DNA of 64,000 nt from Octopus vulgaris (GCA_951406725.2 OX597828.1:37386001-37450000), one strand, 5' to 3'; counted from the first letter of the stretch, positions 1-12,780 are shown. Notes: generated from the letters alone by a model not told the origin. Translations and numbers: made by a program.

Positions 1-340
1 TTAGATTTGATCAAATATTGTACCTCTCATGTGATGGGGCTCAGTATAATAGACTAACATCTTCTTTGAAATTTCCGACCGTAAGGAGTGATGGCTTCGG
101 AGAATCAATAGAGCGTTGGACAAAATATCCTGCAGTATTCGTTGTGACTCTTGTTCTATGGTCAAATCCCACCAAATGAAACTAGACTTTTATTCTTCCA
201 GGGTCCATAAAAGTATCTCACAAAGTATGACTGTACGGTTAAGAGGCTCGCTTCGCAACCACACGCTTTCTGGTTCGGTCCGTCCCGACAGCAGCTTCGG
301 TTAGTGTGTTCTACTAAAGCCATATATATATATATACGGC

Positions 341-421
341 TTTCCTGATGAGAAATCTGCATAATGTACTCCTTATTCCTTCGGAATTAGGAATATGCAG
401 CCTTCGAAACATATGTCGAGA
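341..421 (+). ncRNA. Type I hammerhead ribozyme fold with extended stem II (Penelope-like terminal repeat)
   Basis: Stem I UUUC(341-344)/GAGA(418-421); CUGAUGA 345-351; stem II GAA/UUC plus CUGCA(357-361)/UGCAG(396-400) and inner UAUUCCU/AGGAAUA; GAAAC 406-410; palindromic stem III ACAUAUGU; GUC 415-417; AATAAA 421-426; (TA)n on both sides. Confidence 0.7.
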
Positions 422-1599
422 ATAAAGGATATTTGTTAACTAGTCGTTCAACTCCATTCTTTCATATACTTATATATATATATGTATATATATGTATATA
501 TATATATGTGTGTGTGTGTACGTGTATGCGTATGTGTGTGTGTATGTATGTCTCTCTTGGTAACCAGTGTTTCTTTACATCCACGTAATCTAGCGGTCCG
601 GCATAAAGGACCGTAAGGTCGTTATGATCGTTTGATCCTTTCGCATTGAGTTTCTAACCCTTTACCGATGTCAGAAATAATTGTTAGATTAAAAGTAGTT
701 TATTAACAACGGAAAATGGAATGTTGGTCACATGATCTGCACGCGTCATCGTTGCATCTTATTCTTTCCTTAACGATACGAGTTTCAAAAACAAAACGAA
801 AAAAGGCAAGAAGACTTTGTCCTTTCTTGGAGAATGAAAAGCAAATTCGAACACAGCACAAATCAACTTTTATCCTGACACCTTCCTAGATCGATAAAAC
901 AATATACCTGTAATGCATTGCGGTTGTGGGTATAATCGCCTTTCCCTTCTACACAAATATTTGGCTTTCTGCTTATTTTATAATTCATTATTTTCTAAAT
1001 ATGGAAAAAAAAAAGAAATTATCGAAAGATGTTTCCTCTCAGGAATTGCAATTAATTTCAAACGATTTCTCAAAAAATAAAACAAATACAAATAAATCAA
1101 TAAAATAGAAAAAAAAAGAAGCCACTTTCATAACGCAAACTGTTTCCAGATAAATGACTCTGCAGTAAACGAAACCAATATTTGGTTCTCTCTTTTCTCA
1201 TTGTTTTCTTTTCCCTTTATGTTTTTCTGTTCGAAGATGGCTGCTCGCTAAATCTCTGATCTTCCATAATTCTTTGGCCGAGTTTTAATTATCTGATGAG
1301 CTACTGTGCCAAATAATCCTAAAATAATCGAGGCGGTTGATCAATATGTTTGTTTGACTTCATAAGAGCATCCTTCATACACACAAACAATCTTTTTTGT
1401 TCTGCCAAAAAGACAAATTTTGTTCTTTTTCTTTGTTTTTTTTTCTTTCGTTCCACGGAGTAGAATAAATAAAAGAGAAATAAACAAAACTAAAAATAAA
1501 ATCACTGTTGTTAGTATTGACAATAGAAAAAACTGTTGTCATATGACACATTCATTCGATTTTGTAATATCTCTTAAAATTCCTTTCACCGTAACTGAT

Positions 1600-1803
1600 G
1601 TAGGATTGGTCGAATACGTTGCGCGTTGGACAAAATGCTTGGTAGTATCTCTTCCAGCTTTTAACGTTCTGAAACCAAATATCTCCGAAGTTGACTTTCG
1701 GGATCGATAAAATAAGTACCAATGGAGCTCTGGATTTGGTGTAATCGACTTAACCAGTCCTTCGAAATCAGAGGTCTTGTTCCTAAAGTAGAAAACGTTA
1801 TTT
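1600..1803 (+). mobile_element. tRNA-derived SINE family A (Meta-like central domain), diverged
   Basis: Matches the other copies: aaatgctt..gttctga..gttgacttt..gatcgataaaataagtacca..aatcgac..gtagaaa. Confidence 0.7.
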
Positions 1804-1816
1804 TGGAACATAAATG

Positions 1817-1940
1817 AGGTGGGCTGAGAAGAATCTTTGACGAGTCGGTAAAATATTCTACAGCATTCGTTCTGAATTTTTTCAGTCTGAGTTCAAATTC
1901 TGCCGCGGTCAACTTTGTCTTCTATCTTTTCGAGTCGTCC
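1817..1940 (+). mobile_element. SINE family A, 3'-truncated
   Basis: tctgagttcaaattctgccgcggtcaactttgtcttctatcttttcgagtcg matches the family A core. Confidence 0.55.
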
Positions 1941-2299
1941 ATCCAGAGAACTCGGAAGAAATACCGTAAAGCTAGCAGTGTTGTGGGGAGGCGGTTAATC
2001 GATATATTTGATTCCAGTATTAGATTTTTTTTTTATTCTCTCGACTACGAAAGACTGAATAAAAAATGTAACCTCGGCGGAATTGCTATTCTTTCTTAAC
2101 AAGGCGGTGAATTGACCGAATATTTCAAACTTCGTATGGAGCGCTCCAGCAGCATTGTGAGGTTAAACAACGCATGACCTTTGTTCATGACGCGCCACCG
2201 ATTCTGCCTGCTTGTCGCCTTTTTAAGACAGAATATTTGTTTCTAAATTTCAGCGGTGGTGTCCCAGCATGGCCGCGGCCTTCGGGCTAAAACATTTTT

Positions 2300-2522
2300 A
2301 AGGATTTTAAGGAAATTATGCATAAGGTCAGCAATTTTGAGAAACGGCAATAGTTAGTACCATCGACCCTATTAGTATACTGGTACTTTATTTTATCGAT
2401 ACAGAAGGTTTGCAGGGTAAATATAAAACTTGGCGGGATTTGAGCTGAGAAAAGAACGAGTTGGAAGGAATATCACAAAGCATTTATTATGACGCTCTAA
2501 CGATTCAATCAACTTGCTGCTT
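2300..2522 (-). mobile_element. SINE family A, diverged
   Basis: Reverse-strand core: tggtactttattttatcga..aacttggcgggatttgagct..gcattt..taacgattc. Confidence 0.6.
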
Positions 2523-2690
2523 TGTTAATATGGAATAAAATGGGCAGACTTTATTAACCTTTTCCTTGCGGAAATCCGATATAATCCACTCAAAATTTCA
2601 TTACCCTAAGTGTAGAAAGCAGATTTATATACTAATCTATATTTTGTTGAGAAATATATGTGAAACTACTTTTCACATATATTTCCACTA

Positions 2691-2995
2691 TCAGCCCACA
2701 GTCAGCCCCATGGTGATCAGAGCTCGCTCTGATCGCCATTGCGTTGACTATCCACCACTACAAGCCCACAGGTCAGCCATCAGGAACACTAATACTGACG
2801 CATGACATGACATTACATGACATGACACAGTCAGCCCAATGGCGCTCAGAGCGAGCTCTGATCGCCATTGGACTGACATTGAGCTGGCAGTGGTGGACAG
2901 TCATTGGGGTGAGTGCCTATCAGCGGGGTGACTGTCATTGCGGTAACTGTCTAGTATTGGGGTGACTGTGACCAGTGGGTGATAGACAGTCCCCC
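2691..2995. repeat. GC-rich paired hairpin / inverted-repeat cassette
   Basis: Hairpins at 2701-2748 and 2830-2877 are near reverse complements of each other (loops TC and GA). Repeated ggggtgactgt-like motifs follow at 2905-2995. Confidence 0.7.
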
Positions 2996-3477
2996 AATGT
3001 CCATCAGTTCTTGACTTGTCAAGTCAAGTTCTCGCACGTACCTTGCGATGCTGGTATGATTACGTCCCAATAACTTAGCGGTTAGGGAAAACAAACCGAG
3101 AGAATAAGTACTAGGCGTACAAAGAGTAAGTCCTGGGGTCCATTTGTTCGACTAAATCTAAGCTAAATGAAGTCTTTCGAGAATTGTGGAAATGTGTACG
3201 TTTGGCATACAAACTCAAATGCGATTTATATATATATATGCACATGCACAGAGAGAAATACAGGCACATGCTCAGACATAAATACACAAACTCGCACACA
3301 TACACGCATATGTTTATGTATGTATATACATGCAGAAGAGAAGATTGATTGATAGGAAATACATAAAATGACAGTCGGGTAATTTGAAAATTGTACATAG
3401 AGTGAACCTTTTCCCCCCACGCATAAGATGTATGAAGAGACGAGTTAAGATAGAAATAAGTGGCTGCGTACACATTC

Positions 3478-3695
3478 ATATATACATATAAGTATGTATG
3501 TAGTATATATTTGTATATATATGTATATGCATATATATATGTATGTATATAAGTATGTATGCAGACACGTATACATGTATTTTACATACATAAACATATA
3601 TCTCATACATACAGACATATATGCATATATATATGTATATGTATATATATGTATATATATATATGTGTTTGTGTGTATGTGTGTGTATATACGAA

Positions 3696-3727
<32 letters not shown>

Positions 3728-3925
3728 AATGTATATGTATAGATATATATAAGTATATATATATATGTATATATATGTATGTATATATATATATGTATAT
3801 ATATGTATATGAATATATATAAGTATATATGTATGTATATATATATATATATATATATGTATATGCATATATAAGTATATATATATATGTATATTTATAT
3901 ATATATGTATGTACATATATATATC
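3478..3925. repeat. Degenerate (TA)n/(TATG)n microsatellite
   Basis: Read directly; explains the YI/IY-rich ORFs. Confidence 0.95.
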
Positions 3926-4794
3926 AACGTACTTATTGACATGTGAACATATAAACACATTACATTTATAAGCAGAGTCACGCACTCGCACAGACACACA
4001 CATTACATTACGTTTCAATTACACACACACGCATCCACGTCCGCTCGCGCGAATATATACCTCTCATATTTAGTTCAGTCAATTATGTCTGTCACCCCAC
4101 ACTGACTTAATATGTTAGTTATCTATCCGTTAGTTATGCCTATCAAGTTTTTCAATTAAGGAACTACCAGCTAAGTCCAGTTTCACCCGGTGTGTTTGGA
4201 TGATGTGGCTGTGATCGTTTTTGGTTAGACATAATCTATAACAGCGTTTCTCAACCTTATCATTTCAGGTCCACTGTTGTATGAAAATTTCCTGATCCCT
4301 GTCAGAAAACAGCTTCAGGAGTAGTGAAGAACGAATTTGTACGTAGTCTGTTTCTGAGAGTTAGTCTATTGGACCTCTGTCTAATCATTAAAACATTAAA
4401 ACATTGGGAACACCCGACTGTCACTTACAAACCACGTATATAAACTACGTGTGTTTATTTACATTTTTGAAGATGATCGTAGCTTTCCGTGAATTTTTTT
4501 AATTTTTTTAATATGGGGTTGGGTGGAAAGGAGATCTTTTGAAGTCGGTGTAAAAGTGAAAGAGACTGAGAGACAGAGAGAGAGAGAGAGCGATTGTATG
4601 AGTGAAGTTATTTTGGAGTTGGCGTAAAAATTGATGTGTGCGTGTGTGCGTGTGTGTGTGTGTGAGTGTGTGTGTGTGTGTGTTTGATGGGTTGTGCGAG
4701 ACAGAATCTGTGGTGTGTATGTGAATTGCTTTTGTTAGTGTGTGTGAAGAGACAGAGTAATGTTGCTGGTGTGTGTGTATGTGAGAGAGAGAAA

Positions 4795-4838
<44 letters not shown>

Positions 4839-5744
4839 TAACTAAAAATGTTTATTCACTTTTTGTAGTGAGTGAATGTGTGAGTGAGTGACAGAGAAAA
4901 AGCGAGAGAGACTTTATGTATGTATGCATTTATGTGTGTATGTATGTGCGTGTATGTGTGTATGTATGCATGTATGTATGTATGTATGTATGTATGTATG
5001 TATGTATGTATGTATGTATGTGTGCATGTATGTATGTATATATGTGGGCATGTATGTATGTATTTGTGCATGTATATATGAATGACTTTGGCTGACTGTC
5101 ATCCTGTACTCCCCTTGTTGCTAGTGAAATGGTATATGCCGGGTGTGTGAGCAACTGCTTGTTTTAATGGCGGGGGAATTCCATAAGAAAAGTTTTAATC
5201 GATTTTCTCGAAAACTATGGAGGCTAGGTAAAAAATACAAAACGCATTCCAATCTATGCACCCGTTTCCACATGTGTGCCATTTTTAACGCGAACTCGCC
5301 CAGCCGTTTGGCTGTGAACCTCAAGAAAGGAAAGAGTACTACGATCGCCCATGTCCAATTTATATTATAGATAAAAAGAAAATGAGGGCAAAAAGAACTC
5401 GTTTTTTCACAATGAAAAATCGTTTCCCAGTAGCCGAAATTTCGCGACAAAATGTATTATTATTATGCACAGCAGCCTGCAATGCATGCCGCTGGGCATT
5501 AAAAGCCAATCGCACAAACCTAGAAGGGCTCTAAGCCCCCTAGAATCGATAAAATATCATTGTTTTTGCCATAGCAACAGCATCTTTATAGCTTGCGAAT
5601 TTTAACCATCACGGGTCTCATCCTCACCAGGCATTTAGTATCCCTGGTATTTTTCAGCTCGTTCCTAGCCTTGGGTTGGCCGCCATTAACCGTCAAAGCA
5701 AAATATGCATACAATTTCCGTTCAAGGACTGTTTTATAGATATA

Positions 5745-5935
5745 GATTTTACTTGTTTCAGACGTTTGAGTGCAGCCATGGTGGAGCACCACATTTGGTC
5801 GAACAAATCGACTCCGGAACTTATTATTTGTAAGCCTACTACTTATTCTAACGGCCACTTTTTCCGAACTGCCAGATTACGGGGACGTAATCACACCAAC
5901 ATCGGTTGTCAAGTGATTGTGGGAGGACAAACACA
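5745..5935 (-). mobile_element. SINE family B, 3' half
   Basis: Reverse complement of ttgacaaccgatg..gtccccgtaa..gaataagta..gtcgatttgttcgac..gtgctcca..ctgaaacaagtaaaa. Confidence 0.75.
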
Positions 5936-5950
5936 CTCACACATACATCT

Positions 5951-5984
<34 letters not shown>

Positions 5985-7683
5985 GAATATATATGCGTTT
6001 ATGAATTTCTGTTTCAAAATTCCTGATATATACATACACACACACACACACACATACACACACACACTTACACACACACACACACACTCGCATACACACA
6101 CACACACACACATATATATATACATGTGTGCATCTGTATGTGTGTGTGTGTATGTATAATTATATACATCTAAATTAATATATATCCTTACGTAGACTTA
6201 TGAGTACACGCATGCATACGCACATACATAATGTCGTTAGTTCTAATGCTCAACATTGAAGATTAGTTTTCTTCAATGCAATGATATCTATGACATATAA
6301 TTCCTACCGTTTCAGGCAATTTGTTAAGTACTAAGAACCATCATAGCAATATCATGTGATGCATAATCTATTCACGTGTAAAGTGACTCTTTCAAAATCG
6401 GTAGATTTTGTAGTGAAGCGCCATTGTAGTCCTATAGCTCTATCCAGGGTGAATGTAGAATCAGTGTAGATATACCCGGTTGATCTGTTTCGCAGAATCC
6501 ACATTATCCACCAGAGAATTCGAAACGGTCTGTAAGAGCCCATGAAAGTGCTTTCACACAATAGACTCTCTTTACTCTTTTACTCTTTTTCTTGTTTCAG
6601 TCATTTGACTGTGGTCAGGCTAGAACACCGCTTTTAGTCGAGAAAATCGACCCCAGGACTTATTGCAATGATAGTTTCAAGGTCAACTGGATTCTGAAAC
6701 ATTAGGTTCATCAAGGGAGCACACTTTATTGGTATAACAGGAGCAGGGAACAAATGATGTAAATCGCATCTTGTACTTATACATTTTCATATATTGCCTT
6801 TCATGTCCTTTATATGTATCGATTAAAGAGCGGTAACAAACTGAATTGAAGTCAATGGGTGTTTCGAAATGATTTTTATTGAAATGAACTTCGGAGATGA
6901 TAAACAATCGAGGAACCATCATGCCCTTTGACATTGATATGACTGTCAATGAAGAGTCAACATTTATAGGCTTAACAAACCAAATAATATTGTCTGGAAT
7001 AATTGGAAAGAAAAAATATTGTGTATATTTATTCTTAATACGTGCCGATGCTCTTCGTCATGAATGCGCTTTTCATAGTTTCGAAAATATCAATAAAGCT
7101 ATTTGTTTTGAGAATCGGTCTTTTGACGAAAGTCTGGTTTCATCAGTGACTTCATTAAAGAGTAATTCAATATTTTACTGAAGTTATTTCGATTCTTGAG
7201 GGAAATTAATCTTTTCGCTTCAAATTGAAACTATGTCTTTCAGCTTTAGTCAATAATTCGATGCTTAAAATTTGTGTTGAGTGAAAAAACAAACCAAAAT
7301 AAGAAAATAAAATTTTAAAAAATAAAACAGAACAATGAGGTATATTTACAAGATATGATTTTAAAATATTAAAGAAACTAAAATGAGATTGTCATGATTG
7401 TGATCATTCGTGTAGCTGTATTAGTAGTAGTAGCAGCAGCAGCAGTAGTAATATTGATAGTAATAATAGTAGTAGTGGTAGCGATGGGGGTGGTTGTTTC
7501 AGTCGTAGTTGTTGTTCTTGCTGTAATCACTACTATCTTCGATACTAAAATCAATCGCAATTCTTTGTAATCTACTGATATCCATAAATGACCCACTTTG
7601 CAGTAATTGATTACGGTATTAGCCTCCGTATCAGATCGTCAAAGTATAAAAATATTAAGCAGAAAATTATATCAATAAAAGAA

Positions 7684-7689
7684 AATAAC

Positions 7690-7761
<72 letters not shown>

Positions 7762-7821
7762 TATAATAATAATAACAATAATAATAATAATAATAATAAT
7801 GATAACAACAACAACAACAAC
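7684..7821. repeat. (AAT)n/(AAC)n microsatellite
   Basis: Read directly. Confidence 0.95.
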
Positions 7822-8312
7822 CGCAACGTACTACAGACAAGTTAGCACGAACTTGAAAATCTAATTGAAAAATAAAGAAAATTTGAAATACAAGGCGATA
7901 TGCTTCGAGCAACGTATGTTTATCTATGCTTCTAACAAGTTATTGGCATTATGTGTGTGTGCGCGTGTATGTATACATATATATATGTGTGTGCGTGTGC
8001 GTGTGTGTGTGTATGCGTGTGCGTGTGTGTGTGTGTGGTGTGTGTGTAGTTAGAGCATCGGGGTTACAATCATGAGAATCGGTCGATTCTTTGACCAGGT
8101 TGTCAGTCACCTGTAGAAATACAGTTGCGATTTTACTGACGGCAAGCTGAACATCGGTGGCGTGGAGAGGGTAGACTGGTCTTCCACAAACCGCCTTGTT
8201 TGGATTTTGTCTCAGAGGGGGACATTGAAGGTGCGATCCCATTTTCATTCGGGAATGAAGGAGATCTTTACCTTTTATGTATGTGTGTTTATATATACAA
8301 TAGCGGCCATAA

Positions 8313-8514
8313 TATAAGGTTCAGTAAGAACAGGTTTATTGAAATATTCATTATAGAAGATTAACAAAACGCTGAGATTAGATATTTTACACATATCTTT
8401 TTAAAAAGGATAGAAATTAGATATATCTAAATATGTGTAAAATATCTAGTCTCAACGTGTTATTAATCTTCTACAATAACTATTTCAATGCACTTGTTCT
8501 TACTGGCCCTTGTA
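8313..8514. repeat. Imperfect fold-back (arms ~85 bp)
   Basis: cagtaagaaca..tagaagattaa..gagattagatattttacacatat versus atatgtgtaaaatatctagtctc..ttaatcttcta..tgttcttactg. Confidence 0.8.
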
Positions 8515-8724
8515 TCACTACTGTGTGTGTGTGTGTGTGTGTATAGTTGCATATTTACGTGTCTGCATATGCATATACAAATACAAGCACACACAACTCA
8601 CATATGTACATAGAATCATATACACAAACACACCCACATATCTATGTATATATATTCCTAATAACCTAATAACGAACACAACCACATATCTAGGTGTATA
8701 TATATATATATATTCTAATATAGT

Positions 8725-8884
8725 CGTAGGAGTGGCTGTGTAGTAAGTAGCTTGCTTACCAGCCACATGGTTCCGGGTTCAGTACCACTGCGTGACACCT
8801 TGGACAAGTGTCTTCTACTATAGCCTCGAGTCGACCAGAGCCTTGTGAGTGAATTTGGTGGACGGAAACTGAAAGAAGCCCGAC

Positions 8885-8957
<73 letters not shown>

Positions 8958-9185
8958 CGTGTGTGTGTGTGTGTGTGTGTGTATGTTTGTGTGTCTGTGT
9001 TTCTCCCCCCAACATTGCTTGATAACCGATGCTGGTGTGTTTACGTCCCCGTAACTTAGCGGTTCGGCAAAAGAGACCGATAGAATAAGTACTAGGCTTA
9101 CAAAGAATAAGTCCTGGGGTCGATTCGACTAAAGGTAGTGCTCCAGCATGGCCGCATTCAAATGACTGAGACAAGTAAAAGAGTA
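8725..9185 (+). mobile_element. Full-length tRNA-derived SINE family B (CORE-like) with internal (TA)n(TG)n
   Basis: A-box-like tggctgtgtagtaag, B-box-like ggttcagtacc, ccttggacaagtgtc CORE-like motif and gtaaaagagt tail; many copies in the window. Confidence 0.85.
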
Positions 9186-10123
9186 ACCTGTTAGATACAT
9201 AGATAAACATGTGTCGACCACTGAAAATTTAAACTATATTGTCTATGATTCCCTACGTAAGCGTGTAGTTGTGTATTTTAAATAATCCAGTTGAGTGCGA
9301 AATAACAGGTTTGTTAGATTAAGAAAACAAACATTATGATAGCTCATTCATTTGGTGTCTACAAAATAATTTTCAACGTGAAGATACTGAAATATTTACT
9401 CAAACACACACGTATTTTTTACTTATACACATATACATATAAGATGCTTGTACATACAGACATAAGCAATCAATATACATAAGCGGTCGCTGAGAGAGGT
9501 GTAATCCGGTGCAGCATTTCAGAAGTGCGTAAAATACAAACATTAATTTGTTTTATCGCAACGTTTCGTTGAATCCTCACTGTATATCTAAACTTTTAAC
9601 TCTTTTCGTGTAAGATAAGCCTCTACGGATTGTTTTGAATAACGAAACACAGGTTTCAGTTGAACATAAACTTGGCAGAACAAAATGTTAGCTTACACAT
9701 TTTGGAGGGGGTATTGAAAAATTTAAGTAGAAATAAATATGCAGTGAGTAAATGAGGCTATTAATAAATAGCTAGTATTCTAAATGCTAGCGTAATACTT
9801 TTCGGTAAGTACGGGAGATAACTCGGGGCACGTTTTTGGTCTTATTTCTTTTATGATCTCATTAACTACGCGTATAGTTCAGTGTTTTTTTTTTTTTGGA
9901 TAAGTAATGATATTGAGGATTCTTCTGTCGTAGGTGACAAATAAGGGTTCAGTAGTTTCTTGCTGTACTTAATAATAATCCTTAGAGGCAATTTATAAAT
10001 GAAAACGCCCTGAAGATTTTAGCTCCATTATGGCAACTTATTGACTGTCCTATATATATATGCATTCCTCTATTTTCCTAATATCGAGGTCTCGTTCTTT
10101 TCTTGTCATTTTATTATTATCAA

Positions 10124-10167
<44 letters not shown>

Positions 10168-10353
10168 CGTTATAAAAATAGGGTTCAGTAAAATAATTTA
10201 CTTTACCACACACCGAACTTTTTAGAAATAGCAGCCAAAAATCTTAGCTATTTCTTCTACTGTAAGAAAATATACTCAAAAATAACTCACACAGGTATAG
10301 AGGGGAAAATAACGAAAGATCACACGTATATAAGATAGTCAGGTAATCTTATA

Positions 10354-10493
10354 TAGCGGTTCGGCAATAGAGAACGATAGAATAAGTACTAGGCTTACAA
10401 ATAATAAGTCCTGGGGTCGATTTGCTCGATTAAAGGCGGTGCTCCAGCATGGCCACAGTCAAATGACTGAAATAAGTAAAAGAGTAAAAGAGT
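10354..10493 (+). mobile_element. SINE family B, 3' end
   Basis: tagcggttcggcaa..ctggggtcgatttgctcga..gtaaaagagtaaaagagt. Confidence 0.8.
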
Positions 10494-10673
10494 ATATATG
10501 TATATATATATTTACGTTAGAGGTTGACAAACCAACCAAGGGATAGTACATATCCAATATACTGCTGGTAGACTACCTAATTATAAATTATAACCAAGTG
10601 CTGGTTATTGCGTGGCAATTTCATAATCGGGTGTAATAAATGGACGTGGGTAAAAAGTGGTTTACCCTTAATT

Positions 10674-10896
10674 TATACGGCAAAAAGAAAATGGAGGGGA
10701 TTCAGAAATGACATATATAAACCGTTAGACATTCTATTACGTCTATTTATTCTAAAACATTTGTTCTAAAACATATGTAACACACAGTCTCTGCATATGT
10801 ATGTATTCTTCCAAATGTTTTTAAATAAATAAATAGATATAATAGAATGTCTAACAGTTGATAACATTTCTGTATCCCCTCCATTTTCATTTTGCC

Positions 10897-10901
<5 letters not shown>
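10674..10901. repeat. Fold-back abutting (TA)n
   Basis: tatacggcaaaaagaaaatggagggg..gttagacattctatta..aaaacatttg versus caaatgtttt..taatagaatgtctaac..cccctccattttcattttgccgtata. Confidence 0.85.
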
Positions 10902-10954
<53 letters not shown>

Positions 10955-10957
<3 letters not shown>

Positions 10958-11147
10958 GGTCCCGGGTTGAGTCGGGGTTAACCACAGTAAATAAGGTACT
11001 CAATACATAGCAGAGTAAATTAATTTATTTTTAGAAGGAGCTTCTACAGGACTAGAACTGTTTCATTCAAATGAAATCATCAGAGCTTCCTGATGATTTC
11101 ATTTGAACGAAACAGTTCTAGTCCTGTAGAAGCTCCTTCTATAAAAT

Positions 11148-11150
<3 letters not shown>
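10955..11150. mobile_element. Head-to-head Penelope-like terminal-repeat fold-back inserted in (TA)n
   Basis: Near-perfect inverted repeat ~11025-11150 centred on agcttc; long (TA)n on both sides. Confidence 0.7.
11083..11135 (+). ncRNA. Type I hammerhead ribozyme
   Basis: Stem I GAGCUUC(11083-89)/GAAGCUC(11129-35), 7 bp; CUGAUGA 11090-96; stem II UUC-auuu-GAA with a U.C closing mismatch; GAAAC 11109-13; stem III ACAG/CUGU; cleavage triplet GUA 11126-28; AATAAA 11145-50. Confidence 0.8.
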
Positions 11151-11206
<56 letters not shown>

Positions 11207-11670
11207 TCAGACATTTCACGGCAATTCCACGGCGCTGAATTTGGAGTTATATCGATCGCAAAAAAACATGTAAATTCGACCTAGGCAGTATTTGAACACA
11301 GAGCAGCAGAAGCCATGAAAAATACTGTTGCTTATAATTTTTGTATAGATGAAAGTTTTAGAAGAAAGCTTTGAAACGTCTCGACATCGATGGATTACAG
11401 AAGTCTTTAGCTTTTGTGTAAATTAATATTGAGACAAAACCGACAAAACAAGCAAAACGAATGTTGAAAAAGAACTTGTATAATGAAAAAAACGGAAGGC
11501 CAGGATTAAATTAAGCTGATAAGAGAAGATCTAAAATATAAAAGCTTCAGATTTATTTCTTAATTTAAACTTATGATTTTGTTGTTTACGTGGTTTTGCA
11601 CTCATCAAAGGTATCATTTAAAACATACAGATATGCTTCTGTGCGTTTATATACATACATGCATTTACAT

Positions 11671-11701
<31 letters not shown>

Positions 11702-11727
11702 ATATATATATATATATATATAAATAA

Positions 11728-11763
<36 letters not shown>

Positions 11764-11909
11764 AAACACACATATATATATGTATATATATATATACACA
11801 CACACACTTATGGATATATTTGAGCGCGCATGCACACACACACATGCGCGCACACAATCACTACGGTTTAAAGCAGCCGCAACGTTCATTTCCTGTAAGC
11901 GACATTTAG

Positions 11910-11948
<39 letters not shown>

Positions 11949-12111
11949 TGTGTGTGTGTCTTTCTGTGGGAGTATATGCGCGTCTGTATGTATATATATA
12001 TAAATATAGACCTAGCGCAGTCTTCTTGTTTGCCAGCTACTGTGAAACCATCCAACCCATTCTAGCATGGAAAACGGACGGTAAATGATGATGATGATGA
12101 TGATGTTGATA

Positions 12112-12153
<42 letters not shown>

Positions 12154-12343
12154 ACACACACACACGCGCACACACATGCCAGTTTCGTGGCAGCGTATTT
12201 TAAGGAGTTGCTTGAAACGAAAAATAAGCCATTCATCTTCATCTGTGCAGTCTCTAAAAGGAAAACGTATGTTACTCTTTTTTCAGTCTTAAGTTCTCAT
12301 TTTCTCAAACACACGCGCTTGCGCATGCATATATATATATATG

Positions 12344-12375
<32 letters not shown>

Positions 12376-12609
12376 TATATTAGGCTGGCTAAATAAAACA
12401 ACAAAAAATAATAGATATATCATGAACATTCAGATAATTATAAACTTATCTTAAATATAGTTATAATTAATATACGTATAAACATTTCTTGGATCAGTTT
12501 CAACGAGTTATAAACAGAACGTAATACCACATAAAGTTGAGCAGTTAACTCCCTTGCGAACGAAAATTAATCTCAAAATTCATTTCCTGTTGATCATTGT
12601 ATCACCGTT

Positions 12610-12780
12610 ACGGTTTACAATTACCCTGGTAAACTAAAAAAGTTTTCATGACACACCTTGGATCGTCCAATGGGAATCAAGTTTTAAAAATACCAATAAG
12701 GATCCATCTCTGAATATTTCATGGTTAACGCTTCGTTTCTATCGGACGTCTGTAAGATATGTAAACTATGCCTTCGAAAC
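12610..12780 (+). pseudogene. Decayed Penelope-like GIY-YIG endonuclease C-terminal remnant
   Basis: Manual translation across frameshifts gives YNYPGKL..WESSFKNTNKDPSLNISW..CKLCL, resembling the SSF-x-N..W-x-I..CxLC motifs of Neptune-type Penelope endonucleases. Not verified by search. Confidence 0.4.

Noticed and set aside
1293-1320. CTGATGAGC..GCCAAA
   Set aside because: CAAA instead of GAAA and no stems I or III; compatible with chance.
5121-5650. Possible DNA transposon with degenerate TIRs and a 109 aa ORF
   Set aside because: Terminal match is too weak and the protein has no recognisable motif.
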